Shown here: positions 52,656 through 64,000 of the stretch, one piece after another
Numbering within the stretch: the first letter of the stretch is position 1
Layout of the letters: each line of letters opens with the position of its first letter
Source: Eledone cirrhosa
Lineage: Eukaryota
Reading direction: 5' to 3'
Length of the DNA stretch: 64,000 bases
Assembly (NCBI GenBank): GCA_964016885.1
Contig: OZ024752.1
Location: 20,708,001 to 20,772,000, forward strand
The notes under the pieces: generated by a model
What the model saw: only the letters and a program-made list of their open reading frames with translations
Databases searched by the model: none
What the model was told of the DNA's origin: nothing
Translations under genes and position numbers: made by a program

Positions 52656-54335
52656 TTGGTAAGGCTAATTAAGCTTAGATTAGTTGTAGGCAAGAGACTA
52701 CTGACAATCATCTCTGCCTATGCTCCCCAAGCAGGCCTAGGTAAAGAAAAGAAAGACTGCTTTTACGAGCAACTTTTACAAAGAGCCGCAATGACAGAGG
52801 ACGGAGACATCGTTATGCTAGCAGGGGATTTCAATGGTCATGCAACACTAACTTCCAGAAACCTGCCAACCACCTAATAACCTACGAATCAGGCGAGCAC
52901 ATAAGCCAGATTGACTTCTTGCTAGTTAGGCAGCGAGACAGACAGATGGTGTCAAATACCAAGGCATACCCCGGGGAAGAATGTACCCCACAGCATAGGT
53001 TAGTCGTTAGTGATATCTCAATAAACAAGAGACAAAATGAGACACACAGGAAGGTGTGGAGAAGAAAGGTCTGGAAGCTAAAAGACCTTTCACTAAAATA
53101 TAAATTTAGGAAAGCCCTTCAAGATGTGTATGACGACAAAGAAGACGATTTAGAGTCATATGACATAGATAATAACTGGAATTTCTTACGTGACAACTTA
53201 CTGCAGGCTACTGAAGAAACTTGTGGCTGGAGCAGAGCTCCAACCAGACAGAGAGTGACCTGGTGGTGGAACAGCACAGTAGACAGGGCCATTTGAGACA
53301 AAAGACTAGCATGGAACGCTTGGAAAAAGGGTGGGAGTAGAGAAGGATATACAGCCGCTAAGAGAGAAACAAGACGTCAGGTGTACTTAGCACGCAGGGA
53401 GGCTAAGAGTAGGAGGTTTGCCAATGTTCTGTGACGGGAAGATCAGAGACGTGTGATGTTCCGCATTGCAAGGCAGTGTGTCAGTGTAAATGAGGATGTT
53501 GTTGGCGATAAGTGTGTCCGGAATGATACTTAGTGTCACGAATAATCAGAAAAAAGAGGCCTGGAAATGTCATTATGAGAGACTGATGAATGTGGAGAAC
53601 GAATGGGAGAGAGAGAAATTACCCCCAGTAGAACCAGCTATTGAGATTGATGAATATAGGGTCCAAGAGGCGATTAAGGAAATGAAAAATGGTAAGGCCG
53701 CTGGACCGTCGGGGATAGTTGCTGAGATGATGAAGACATCAGGGGACGTAGGCACTTAACTGGTTGCACGCATCATCAATCAGGCTATATATGGTGGGTG
53801 TCATACCTAAAGACTGTGCAACAGTATTCTCATAAATTACTACAAAGGTAAAGGGGATGCTCTGGAGAGAACAATTATAGGGGCATAAAACTGATAGATC
53901 AGGTTATGAAAGTGACAGAAAGGATATTAGCGCAACTAATTAGAGAAAGGGTCAAACTAGATGAGATGTAGTTTGGTTTTGTGCCTGGGAAAAGTACAAC
54001 AGATGCCCTCTTCTTAATGAGACAACTACTAGAGAGGTTCTTAGAGAAGAATAAGCCACTATACTTAGCTTTTGTTGACCTAGAGAAGGCCTTTGATAGA
54101 GTACCCCGATCTGTTATCTGGTGGTCCCTAAGGAAACTAGGTGTTGAGGAATGGCTTGTGAGGACAGTGCAAGCTTTGTACAGAGGTGCTGTCAGTAAAG
54201 TGAGGGTGGGAATGGAGTTTAGTGAGGAATTCAAGATACAAGTAGGAGTACATCAGGATTCGGTCCTCAGCCTGATCTTGTTCATTATAGTCCTCCAAGC
54301 CATAACAGAGGAGTTTAAGACTGGCTGTCCATTGT
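52656..54335 (+). mobile_element. Degraded RTE LINE (endonuclease to RT)
   Basis: SAYAPQ, GDFNGH, TWWWN, GKAAGPSG and FVDLEKAFDRVPR motifs, with stops and frameshifts. Confidence 0.92.
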
Positions 54336-55480
54336 AGAACATGCTTGAACTTTCTATCCTCTGCTTCCCTTTTTGCAAGGTACATTTGTCTCCTAGCTTC
54401 TCTCCTGGCCACTTGATAGTGTTCTCTACTTCCCCCATCCTGCTTTTTGGCCTTGATTGTCTCCTCCACCTTACTGTTCCACCACCAAGTTACTCTTCTC
54501 CTGCCTATAGGTCTGCTCCAACAACAGATTTCATCCGTTACTTTCAGCAAGTTCACTTTCAAGAATTCCCACTGTTCCTCTATATTGCACGTCTCTAATT
54601 GCTCTTCCTTATTGTCAAAGGCATCAAGTAATAAGATTTTAAATTTGTCACTGGCTGTGGGATCCTTTAACTTCCATATTCTTCTCCTCAAGGTAGTCCT
54701 CCTCTGTCGTCGATTACGTCTATTCCTGACTATGAGGTCACTAACTAAATCAAGTGATTTTCTCGTTTTTTGAAGTTTGTGTTACAGATAGTTAGGTTAT
54801 TAGCGTCACAGAATTTCAGGATTCTGAAGCTTTCCTCATTTCTATTTCCAACCCCATAGCCTCCATGGATTCCATCATAGCCATCACTATGTTGTCCAAT
54901 GTAACCATTTAGGTCGCCAACAATAATTAAGTAGTCACTGTCGGTTATTTGGGAGGTAGTGTGCATTAGCAACTCATAGAACCTGTCCTTTATAACATCA
55001 GGTAGACCAGATTGGGGTGCATAAGCGGATATTATTGTCACAGTAGTTCTATTTAGAACTAGTCTTATTTTAATTATTCTGTCGTTCACTCTATTTACGG
55101 CAATTACCTTATCTACCCATTTTTTGGCCAACATAATTCCTACTCCACCCTGTCCGTTGTCATTTCCCACCCAGAAAAGTTTATAGCATCATTTTTTACC
55201 TACAGACCAACCTCTCCACCTAGTCTCTTGAACACAACAAACATCAACTTTGTTACGTTCAAGCATCTCTACAACGTCATTTGAGCGACCTTTCAATGTG
55301 CCTACATTCATGGTACCAACTCTGAAGTTGGGAGGGTGGAATGGATGAGTTGGAAGGGCAGGGAAGGGTGTGGGAGACGGAATTATGTTGGTCATCCATG
55401 TCTGAAATAAAGAGGAGTCCTTGCATTCTCGTCCTGCAGCGGGAGGTGAATTTATCTTTATCTGTGACATTGTCATTGAG
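54336..55480 (-). mobile_element. Second degraded RTE LINE (5' endonuclease part), opposite orientation
   Basis: VGTMNVGTL, VQETRW, SAYAPQ and TWWWN motifs. Confidence 0.92.
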
Positions 55481-56007
55481 TGTTCAGACCTTCCAAATTC
55501 CGCAGTCCACCTAGCAAACTGAAAATCAACCAGGTCTAAACTTAAGGAGTATTAACCGAGGTGGTAGCTTTGCTATACAGATTGGTAAGAGAACTTACTA
55601 TAAACCGTTGAGCTATGATTGGACCATATAGCAATGGTGGTGTGCAGGCAAGGGTAGGAGAGCAGGAAATGGGTAGCTTTAGGAGAAGGTTAGTTTTTAG
55701 GAAGGGTCCAAACAGAATGAGGCATATTAGTAAAACATGTAAAATATTAATTGAAAATCCGAGAGGAAAAAGGGAGATTAGGATTCTAGACTGGCATAAT
55801 ATAAAAGTTTAAAACACTGGTCATCAAATGGACTACGGAAAAAAAAATGGAAAGACAAGTGTTTTGCTTACATTTCTCAAATCGACAAATCATCCGTAAG
55901 AGAGATTAGATAGATAAATTCTGGCCTTAGAAGCCTGCAAGTTTTATTTTATACTTGCGGGCAGAAGGTGGAAACAGGGACATGAGAAGGAGCGAATATA
56001 TAAATAT

Positions 56008-56459
56008 ATATTGTTATACTTGGGGAGGGTCATATTGTTGTAATAATATTGCCAGAAATAATAACAGAACACACTCACTGTTTGGTTGGTTTTCACTTCT
56101 GTATCTTTTATATCTCCATAGTTAATTTATTTGGCAATCAATGTTTATCATAAATAAAATAAAATAAAAATGGCGTAGACATTACAATACAATACAACAG
56201 AAGGGAACATAATAGTACCACTGATGATGTTGCAGATGTGCAACGAAAGAACTTTGTTAGATTATATATATATATATATATATTTATATCTGTATTTTTA
56301 ACCGTTGGTCAATCAATGATAAACATTGATGGCCAAATGAATTAACTATGGAGGTATAAAAGATACAGAAGCGAAAACCAACCCAAAAGTGAGTGTGCTC
56401 TGTTATTCTTTCTGGCAATATTACTACAACAATATGACCCTCCCCAAGTATAACAATAT
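56008..56459. repeat. Diverged inverted repeat with 144-bp arms (old fold-back or MITE)
   Basis: 56008-56151 pairs with 56316-56459 at roughly 90% by eye. Confidence 0.85.
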
Positions 56460-56811
56460 TTGTTTCAACACACGATTTCATATCAAAAACCTTGCAAAAC
56501 AAATATAAATATATAAATATATATATATATGAAATATTTCCATAGGAAGGGTAAAGGAAAGGAGAGTGCTCTATGTAAGCTACAGAGCTATTATTATTTT
56601 TTTTTAGAAACGATCGACTTTCGTCAAATCGGACTGAGGAAACAATGTTTCCGTTGGTCTTTCTAATTGCTAATACTATCTATCGGTTGCAACTCCAGGT
56701 AGAAGGAGCAACATGAAATAAAGTGTCTTGCTCAAGGACATAACGCATCGCCTGGTCCAGGAATCGAACTCACAACCTCACGATTGCGAATCCAATTTTC
56801 TAACCACTCAG

Positions 56812-56843
<32 letters not shown>

Positions 56844-56928
56844 AATAGTGGATACCCCATCTGTGGTCACTCCATCGATGGATATCTCATTTCACTATAA
56901 CAGATTCCATAGAAACAACAAGTCTTAC

Positions 56929-57081
56929 CTAAGAGCTCCTTACAGGATGTTAGCTTTAAGGGGTCATTCATCATCAACTTCTTGTCCTCCAGGTTACATA
57001 TAGAGTTCAGTGATTTAGACACTGCTGCCTCTATACTATAGTGACCTTTTCGTCCAGTATGCTGCAGCCAACGGTCAAGTT
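56929..57081 (-). CDS. Saposin-like gene exon, (E)LDRWLQHTGRKGHYSIEAAVSKSLNSICNLEDKKLMMNDPLKLTSCKELL
   Basis: tttttgaAG acceptor and GTaaga donor. 153 nt, phase 1-1, carries Cys3 and Cys4. Confidence 0.82.
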
Positions 57082-58326
57082 CTTCAAAAAGAGTTTATTA
57101 TTTGATATTAATGTCTATATGGTTTTGCATATACGTATGAAGTACACATGGAAACATATACTCATACTCCCTCACAATCACATATATAGATTTACTTTAT
57201 ACCTACACATACATCATAACAAACAGATAAATAAATATACAGATCCTTACACTAACTCATATATATGCACACACACACTGACAGACTCTAGCACCATCAC
57301 ACTCCTTCATATATAAACTAACACTTTCACAGGCATATACAAATTCTAACAGTAACATATAGCTACATACACATACAAACTAACGCCTACATACAGACAT
57401 ACACACACAGACTATCTAACAGACATTGTGATAGCCACACTGTTTCACAATATCAGTAGATTGGAGAGTTGTAGATATCAACAGAGAAATAGTTTGCACT
57501 GGTCACTTGTCAAGACTTCAGGCATCCTTGGCCACTACACAGCTGGGCTTCGCCATAAAATTGGAATGACAGCAGCACGTCTGAGGTTGGAGCCTTCTGA
57601 GGTGGGGTGTCTGTTGCAATGGGTGTCCCTGGCCATTGTCTGTGGAAATGCCTTTACAACTTTGTCTGCAGGGCGCAGCCAGAACATTGCTCCGCTCTAG
57701 GTAAAGAGTCTTTCTCCCTCTCCTTTCCCCCTTTCTTTCTTCCACTGCCTATTAGTCCTTGCTCTTTTCCTCTCATTTAAGGCATTTATAATCCTAGGCT
57801 GGAGAGAGAAGTGTTACAAATGCATGGACCCATAACTCCTGCTGGAGTCATAGGAATGCTGCAAAGCATTCTAATCACTGATCTAACAGCTCTGCCAATT
57901 TGCTGTTTCAAGGTGTGAGGGCGAAGGAGAAGCAGACAAAGAAAATCCTGGTCCAACAACATCAAAGACTGGACTGGTCACAACACCAACACCTTTCTAT
58001 GCTTGACAGAGATTAGAGACCAATAGCGATGGCTGACTATGAAAGTGTCGAGAGTGGCACCCCAATGAATGGCTGCACCAGTTGAGGGAACATGATGATG
58101 ATATTTATCTAAAAACTATCTTAATTATATGTAAGAACCTTTGTTAAGCTATGTTCCAAACACTAGCTTAATAAAGAGAAAGATATTTTACTAAATGTCT
58201 CTATATTCTTCATTATTTGAAAATCATAAGCAATGTCTTTTATTAGAAATATGGTAACAAAATGGTGAAAGGAAATATATTCTGGACTCAATCTTAGGTT
58301 AGTCACTGATCAAAGTTATATCTTAC

Positions 58327-58362
58327 CTTTAATTGCAAATTGGCAAATTTCACAGAATGTAC
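58327..58362 (-). CDS. Saposin-like gene exon, xTFCEICQFAIK; upstream exon(s) not identified
   Basis: ttttgcAG acceptor and GTaaga donor. 36 nt, phase 1-1, carries the CxxC. Confidence 0.8.
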
Positions 58363-59744
58363 CTGCAAAAGCAAAAATGAGTTAAAAAAATGAAACATTG
58401 CTATAAAATTTTACTTTTGGAATTCAATTAAATAATCGAAATATTTGTATAAAACTTTTGCAACAATTGCTAAATGATTGGTTTTACACACAAAAACACA
58501 TGTATGCACATACACATACACATGTATGTACATACACATGTATGCACATACACATACATACACAAACGATCAAACAAGTTTCATAGGTTAAAGTGAAGAG
58601 CAGTGAATAAAATGTCCTTTTCCTATCCTTGAACCCGTAACTGCCAAGGGAGTTGGGGGGGGGGGGTAGTGACACATGTATGACATTTCTTGGTATTTTG
58701 TAAACCTGGAGGAGACCATCTCATCTTGAGGTCTGAACACATCCGATTTCTTCAAGAGAAGAGGAGAGAGTGATAGAGCAGAAGTGAGAAAGAGATATAG
58801 AGGAATAATCAATCTCAGTACTGGACTGGTATACCATTTATCGACCTCGAAATGATGAAAGACAAAGTTGACCTCGGCGGTATTTGAACTCAATGTGCAG
58901 AAAGCCAGAAGGAATACCACAAAACATTCAATTCACTGCCTTCCCCTACACACACTACCACCCTCTCCCTCAACTTTTCACACTAACCCACCTCCTCTCC
59001 TGTCCACTGCACCTCCACACACACATACAGGCCACAGCTGCCAACTACCACTCGCCTGTCTATCCCTTACCCTCTTGACTGCTATCTCCTCTCTCTTGCA
59101 TCCTTCGCCCTGCCTTCTCTACCCCCTGCTTTGACCTTCTTGACCACTTCCTGTTGCGCGCCCCCCCACAACTTTCTACTTCCTCACCAATTCCACGGAT
59201 CCTATACCACTGGTCACTCTCTCTGGACATCTACCAGATAACATCCGGTTTTTTCACCATCCGACCATACACTCACCGGAAAAACATGCAGGAACACACA
59301 CACAAACACCATTTTTGCCCACATGCAACCATGCATTCCCACGTATCCACACCACTCAAAAACACACACGAATGCGTATCCTCACATACACCTACTCTAC
59401 CTCCGGGCGCCCCCTCTCCACCACCCCTTCCGACCCCTCTCCATCCACACGCACACAGACTTACACCCCACCCCATGTACACACTGGTTTTCCTATTACC
59501 CGAGCATGGAACCTCGTTCTTCCCCAAACTCTCACAATCATATCCACACATACACCTACACACCACCTTTCGCCCTCCCTGCTCGGACCCCCTGTTTCCT
59601 TCTCACCCCTCCATCCACCCACCACCACCTCTACACAGCTCACACCCTTTCACCACTTGCTTTCATTTTAATTTTTTCACCCTCCTTTTAATGTCTTTCC
59701 ACCACTCTCCCTCACACCCTCTCGGAACTCTTTTCCTTCTCACC

Positions 59745-59785
59745 TTTCTCCTGATGAAGGGCTTATGCCAGAAACGTCGTCTCCC
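59745..59785 (+). ncRNA. Minimal hammerhead-ribozyme-like motif at the end of a pyrimidine-rich, Penelope-terminus-like tract
   Basis: CTGATGA-ag-ggc ttat gcc-a-GAAAC-GTC at 59751-59778. Stem I is poor. Confidence 0.45.
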
Positions 59786-59864
59786 ACCCCCACTCTCAAG
59801 CGTGAATCTAATACCAATTGTTCGTACTGCACTCTTTGTTATTATTTTTGTTTTTTACTTATAT

Positions 59865-60206
59865 GGAGGCACATGGCTTAGTGGTTAGAACATTTGTCTT
59901 GCAATCGAAAGGTTGTGAGTTCAATTCTCAGACCGGGTGATGTGTTGTTTCCTTGAGCAAGAGACTTTATTTCACATTGCTCCAGTTTACTCAGCTGTAG
60001 AAATGAGATGATAGGGACTGGGGTCCCTATCATTCCACTGTAAAGCGGTGGAGGTGCCACGGCAAAAAAGCACCCAGCACTCACTGTAAATGAGGTTGGT
60101 GTTAGGAAGGGCATCTAGCTGTAGAAATCAAGCCAGAATCAGTTCCCGTCCCACCCTTGAAAGCAGGAAAAAAGCGGACGTAAAATGAAATAATGATGAT
60201 GATGAT
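59865..60206 (+). mobile_element. Full-length tRNA-derived SINE with RTE-like 3' tail
   Basis: A box TGGCTTAGTGG, B box GAGTTCAATTC, (GAT)n tail. Confidence 0.88.
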
Positions 60207-60348
60207 ATATATATATATATATATATAAACAATGAGTTATTTGGTTTGTTGATTATTCAATAAAGTTAATTTACAACAGATTAGAAGCACTCAATGGTTT
60301 TTATCCGGAGTATCAATATATCAATAATATTAATATCATTGATATATA

Positions 60349-60990
60349 TCATCATCATCATCATCGTTTAACGTCCATGTTCCACACTTGCATGGGTTTG
60401 GACGGGAGTTTTCCCACTTGAGGCAAGAGTGGTTGTCTTGCTCGCATAGGACTGTCTGGCGGGTTTTCTACAGCTGGATGCCCTTCCTAACACCAACCAC
60501 ATTTACAGTGTGGGACTGGAAGGTTTTTACCGTGTTGCCTACACGGCCACATTACAGCGTGGACTGTGTGTTTTTTTGTCGTGACACCTACACAATCTCA
60601 TTTGTTTCGGCCTGGATGTTGTGTCACCAACGTAACTTTACATTGAAAGGGGCGGTGTGGATGGGGTGGGGCGGTGTGGATGGGGTGGGGTGGTGTGACG
60701 GGGGCGTATTTTGTTAGAGATGCCTACTGACTGTAGTAGGTTTACTTTTTATTTAGGCAAGGCGGGTCTTCTCTACTGAGTACCGCCAAAGATCTCGGTC
60801 CAGTGACATTGTCTTGGAGAGGTGTAAGTATGTGAGGTCGGAATTTATCAGGTCGTCCCAGGTTTTTCTGGGTCTGCCTACTCCGTGGCTACCGTCTATC
60901 TTTATTGCCCTGCACTTTTTTATACAGCTGTCGTCTTTCATGCGCATCACGTGACCATACCAACGTAGCCTTCTCTCGAGTAAACAACAT
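60349..60990 (-). mobile_element. RTE LINE 3' fragment
   Basis: RRLRWYGHVMRM...GRPRKTW in ORF 60753-61028, plus the shared 3' UTR. Confidence 0.88.
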
Positions 60991-61028
60991 CTGTATATAT
61001 ATATATATATCAATAATATTAATATCAT

Positions 61029-61063
<35 letters not shown>

Positions 61064-61079
<16 letters not shown>

Positions 61080-61544
61080 AAAGAATAGAGGTGTAACACA
61101 CGAGTTATGATATATTGGTAAAAGGAAAAGAAAATGCTGACAAATTGTTCCCAGTGAAAAATAGTTTAATTAGGAATAAGTAAAAATTAGTAATAAGTAT
61201 TGGTTAGTATTCAGTTTTAGTTTTAAGTTTTTACCGGTTGCGCATTTCTAATGCTTTTCAAAAATAATTTTGAGATAGAGCGCCCGTGATGTTTGCTCTA
61301 ATCAGATTAGAGCAAACATCACGGGCGCTCTATCTCAAAATTATTTTTGAAAAGCATTAGAAATGCGCAACCGGTAAAAACTTAAAACTAAAACTGAATA
61401 CTAACCAATACTTATTACTAATTTTTACTTATTCCTAATTAAACTATTTTTCACTGGGAACAATTTGTCAGCATTTTCTTTTCCTTTTACCAATATATCA
61501 TAACTCGTGTGCTACACCTCTATTCTTTTAAATATATATATATA
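61064..61544. repeat. Near-perfect ~480-bp palindrome centred on 61304
   Basis: 240-bp arms, 1-nt centre, one mismatch seen. Confidence 0.95.
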
Positions 61545-61657
61545 GGAACGAGTAGGACCCCGACGGCTGAGCTCAAGCCGTTTCAACAGCTAATTCTGGA
61601 CTGAATTAGCCGTCGAAACGGCTTGAGCTCAGCTGTCGGGGTCCTACTCGTTCCTAT
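61542..61657. repeat. GC-rich hairpin abutting the large palindrome
   Basis: ~55-bp arms, 6-nt loop, a few transition mismatches. Confidence 0.9.
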
Positions 61658-61776
61658 TACCTACTCTACTACCCTAAGTATTGAGTACTTTGGTGCGTTA
61701 TGGTCCACCTGGTTCCTTACCACATTTCCTTCGTTATATATATATATATTTACCTTAAACGATACCTTGTTATCCC

Positions 61777-61902
<126 letters not shown>

Positions 61903-64000
61903 AAATTCCGACCGCCGCGGATTTTACATATCTCTATACTCACTCTGCATCGAGTACTCCCATGATTAGTGGTCCTCAGTTTTAGCACCACAGACTCTCT
62001 CTGCCTATATAGATACAGATATATTTACAATTATCGAATTCTAGCTGGAGGATTTGAAAAGAAATATAAACACACACAAAAAAGAAATGTTTTGTTATGG
62101 AAACAGTTTCAGACGATTAGAAAATGCGTGTGTTTAAGGGGAGATCACTTGTGTATGGTTTAAAGGAGTCAACCCCCTTCCTGATGCACCCTCCTCTGTT
62201 GACTTCTAGTAAATATAATTAAAAAATCCCCAAAATCCAAAAAATCAGAAAGGTTACAAAAATATGAAATAAAAAGTTCAGTTTAATAAAATGGAAGATG
62301 AAAAATATATAAGAGAAGTAGAGCAGATACTTGAAAGTTCTGCATAGGTGCTATTGTCGTGTAGACCTGCATGAAGACTATGCACTGATGACTGCTGGTA
62401 TTCTTGGTTATATTTTGTAGTATTTTCCGACTTCATTTGTTTGAATAATTAGCCACAAGTTTTACTCAATCCATTCACTATATAGACGACACTAGGATCG
62501 TACAAACTACTAATCAAACCAGATGTGAAATGTAGGCTTCACCAAAGCTGGTAATAGCACCAGGCCAGATGTGGAAAATAAACGCCACCAAAGCTGTTAA
62601 TAAACCCAGGGCAGATGTGATACGTAGGCTCTACTAAACCAAGTAAAAAGCCCATACCAAGTGTGAAATGTAGGCCCGTACAATTTGCAGCAGAACCAAG
62701 TCAGATGTGGAATGTAGGGTCACCACAGCTGTTAATAGGCCCAGGCAGCTTGTAAAATGTAGGCCCTAGCAAAGTTTGGACCCCAAAACTAGGGCAACAT
62801 TTTACAATTACATCCGTCTCGTTATGTAGGTGAAATTGAAGTTTTTTTTCCTATATTTTTTTTAATTTCTTTTGAACGAATATGACTTTTAAAACGGGAA
62901 GTGTTCGATTTTTAGTTAATTAAAATATTACCAGAACTAAAAGTTGAGGCCAGTAGAGCTCTCAAAATAGAAGGCCCGTGTCCACTGGTCCACTTTGTCT
63001 GGCTTGGATAACACACACTATTAAGTAGTCTTAGACGTGTTTTGATTAACCAGTCTAATTATAGGCAACATTTAGTAACTAACCAGTCTAACTATAGACA
63101 ACACACTAATTAACTAGTCTAAATATAGACAACATAATTAATTATCAATGAATTAACCGCCAAGATTTCCAACGCAAAGTATTAGACATTATAAAATCCC
63201 GTTTCACTTTTCAATTATTTTTGTTTATTTATTTATTTGTTCTGTTTACTTTCGGCTTCCCACTTCCGTGTAACCGCCCCCTTCCACACTTTATTTTTTT
63301 CAAAATATTTCTGTCTAGATAAGCTCCGCATTTCCACTACACTCAGAGTCGATTTAAATGTAGTGACAGACCCCTCAACTCCATGGATCTTTATAGGCTG
63401 TCATGCCGCCAAGAAAACGCATTCGTTTCGCTCGTCATACCAATCTGAACCTTATTATCAAGCAGGCCCTGTTTGTGGGCAGGGGTATGTCATATCCCCT
63501 CAATTTTGGAGCCAGCCAGATTATCCAGAGTTGATGGGGGAAAGATAAGGTCTCTCATTTGTATCGCCACAGTTATGCGACTCTTTTACTCCTTCCCACA
63601 TCCTGGATACTGTGGTGAATCTGCTGTAACCGAACGAAATAAAATTCTAAAATACCAGAAACTATCGACAAACTATTTTTTCATCCTGTGGTGATCGAGG
63701 CGGGGGAGCTGGGCCGCTGGCAATGAGGTTCTTGCCATTGTTGATGGCGCGTCATTGATTGTGAATATCTTCTTCCATTTCTCTCTCTTAAATATAATTG
63801 TTTATTTGTATGTAAATATTTAGAATATTTATCTCATGAAATTATTAGTTATACTGATTTTAATGGGTCCATGACAAAACCTTCATCGGACACCCCCACC
63901 CCCCTCATTGCCGGACAAAATTCCCACAGAAAAATAATATAGAATATGAATATAGGTTTAGTTTATTCTTTATCAGATAAATTACATTTTATAATGTTAC

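Noticed and set aside
59154-59888. 244-aa Pro/His-rich ORF
   Set aside because: Low-complexity C/A-rich tract with a non-ATG start, running into a SINE.
62279-62435. Short minus-strand ATG ORF as first exon of the saposin-like gene
   Set aside because: No signal-peptide character and no convincing phase-1 donor.
63340-63935. Possible DNA-transposon remnant or promoter near the right edge
   Set aside because: Only vague coding-like and subterminal-repeat features; cannot be classified from sequence alone.

Overview
This is AT-rich, repeat-dense animal genomic DNA, most likely an octopus-type cephalopod (inferred from composition and SINE/RTE families, not proven). Almost all ORFs in the supplied track are repeat artefacts. 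Three spliced genes can be rebuilt from GT-AG exons: VTI1A (minus strand, coding exons 1-5, apparently continuing past the left edge), RPL34 (plus strand, complete, 113 aa, head-to-head with VTI1A), and a single-domain saposin-B-like gene (minus strand, last 4 exons). The main finding is that the last, 12.4-kb RPL34 intron holds ten intact sense-strand box C/D snoRNAs of the SNORD88/snR76 type plus a decayed copy, amplified partly by a ~1.81-kb tandem duplication. Second, a young CR1-like LINE has an ATG-less ORF2 joined to ORF1 by an in-phase G_GGA_AAC -1 frameshift site. The window also shows locally templated inverted repeats straddling a VTI1A exon, many fold-back palindromes, hammerhead-like motifs, Helitron, piggyBac, RTE and Penelope remnants, and large micro- and minisatellites. 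Family assignments come from remembered motifs; no searches were run.
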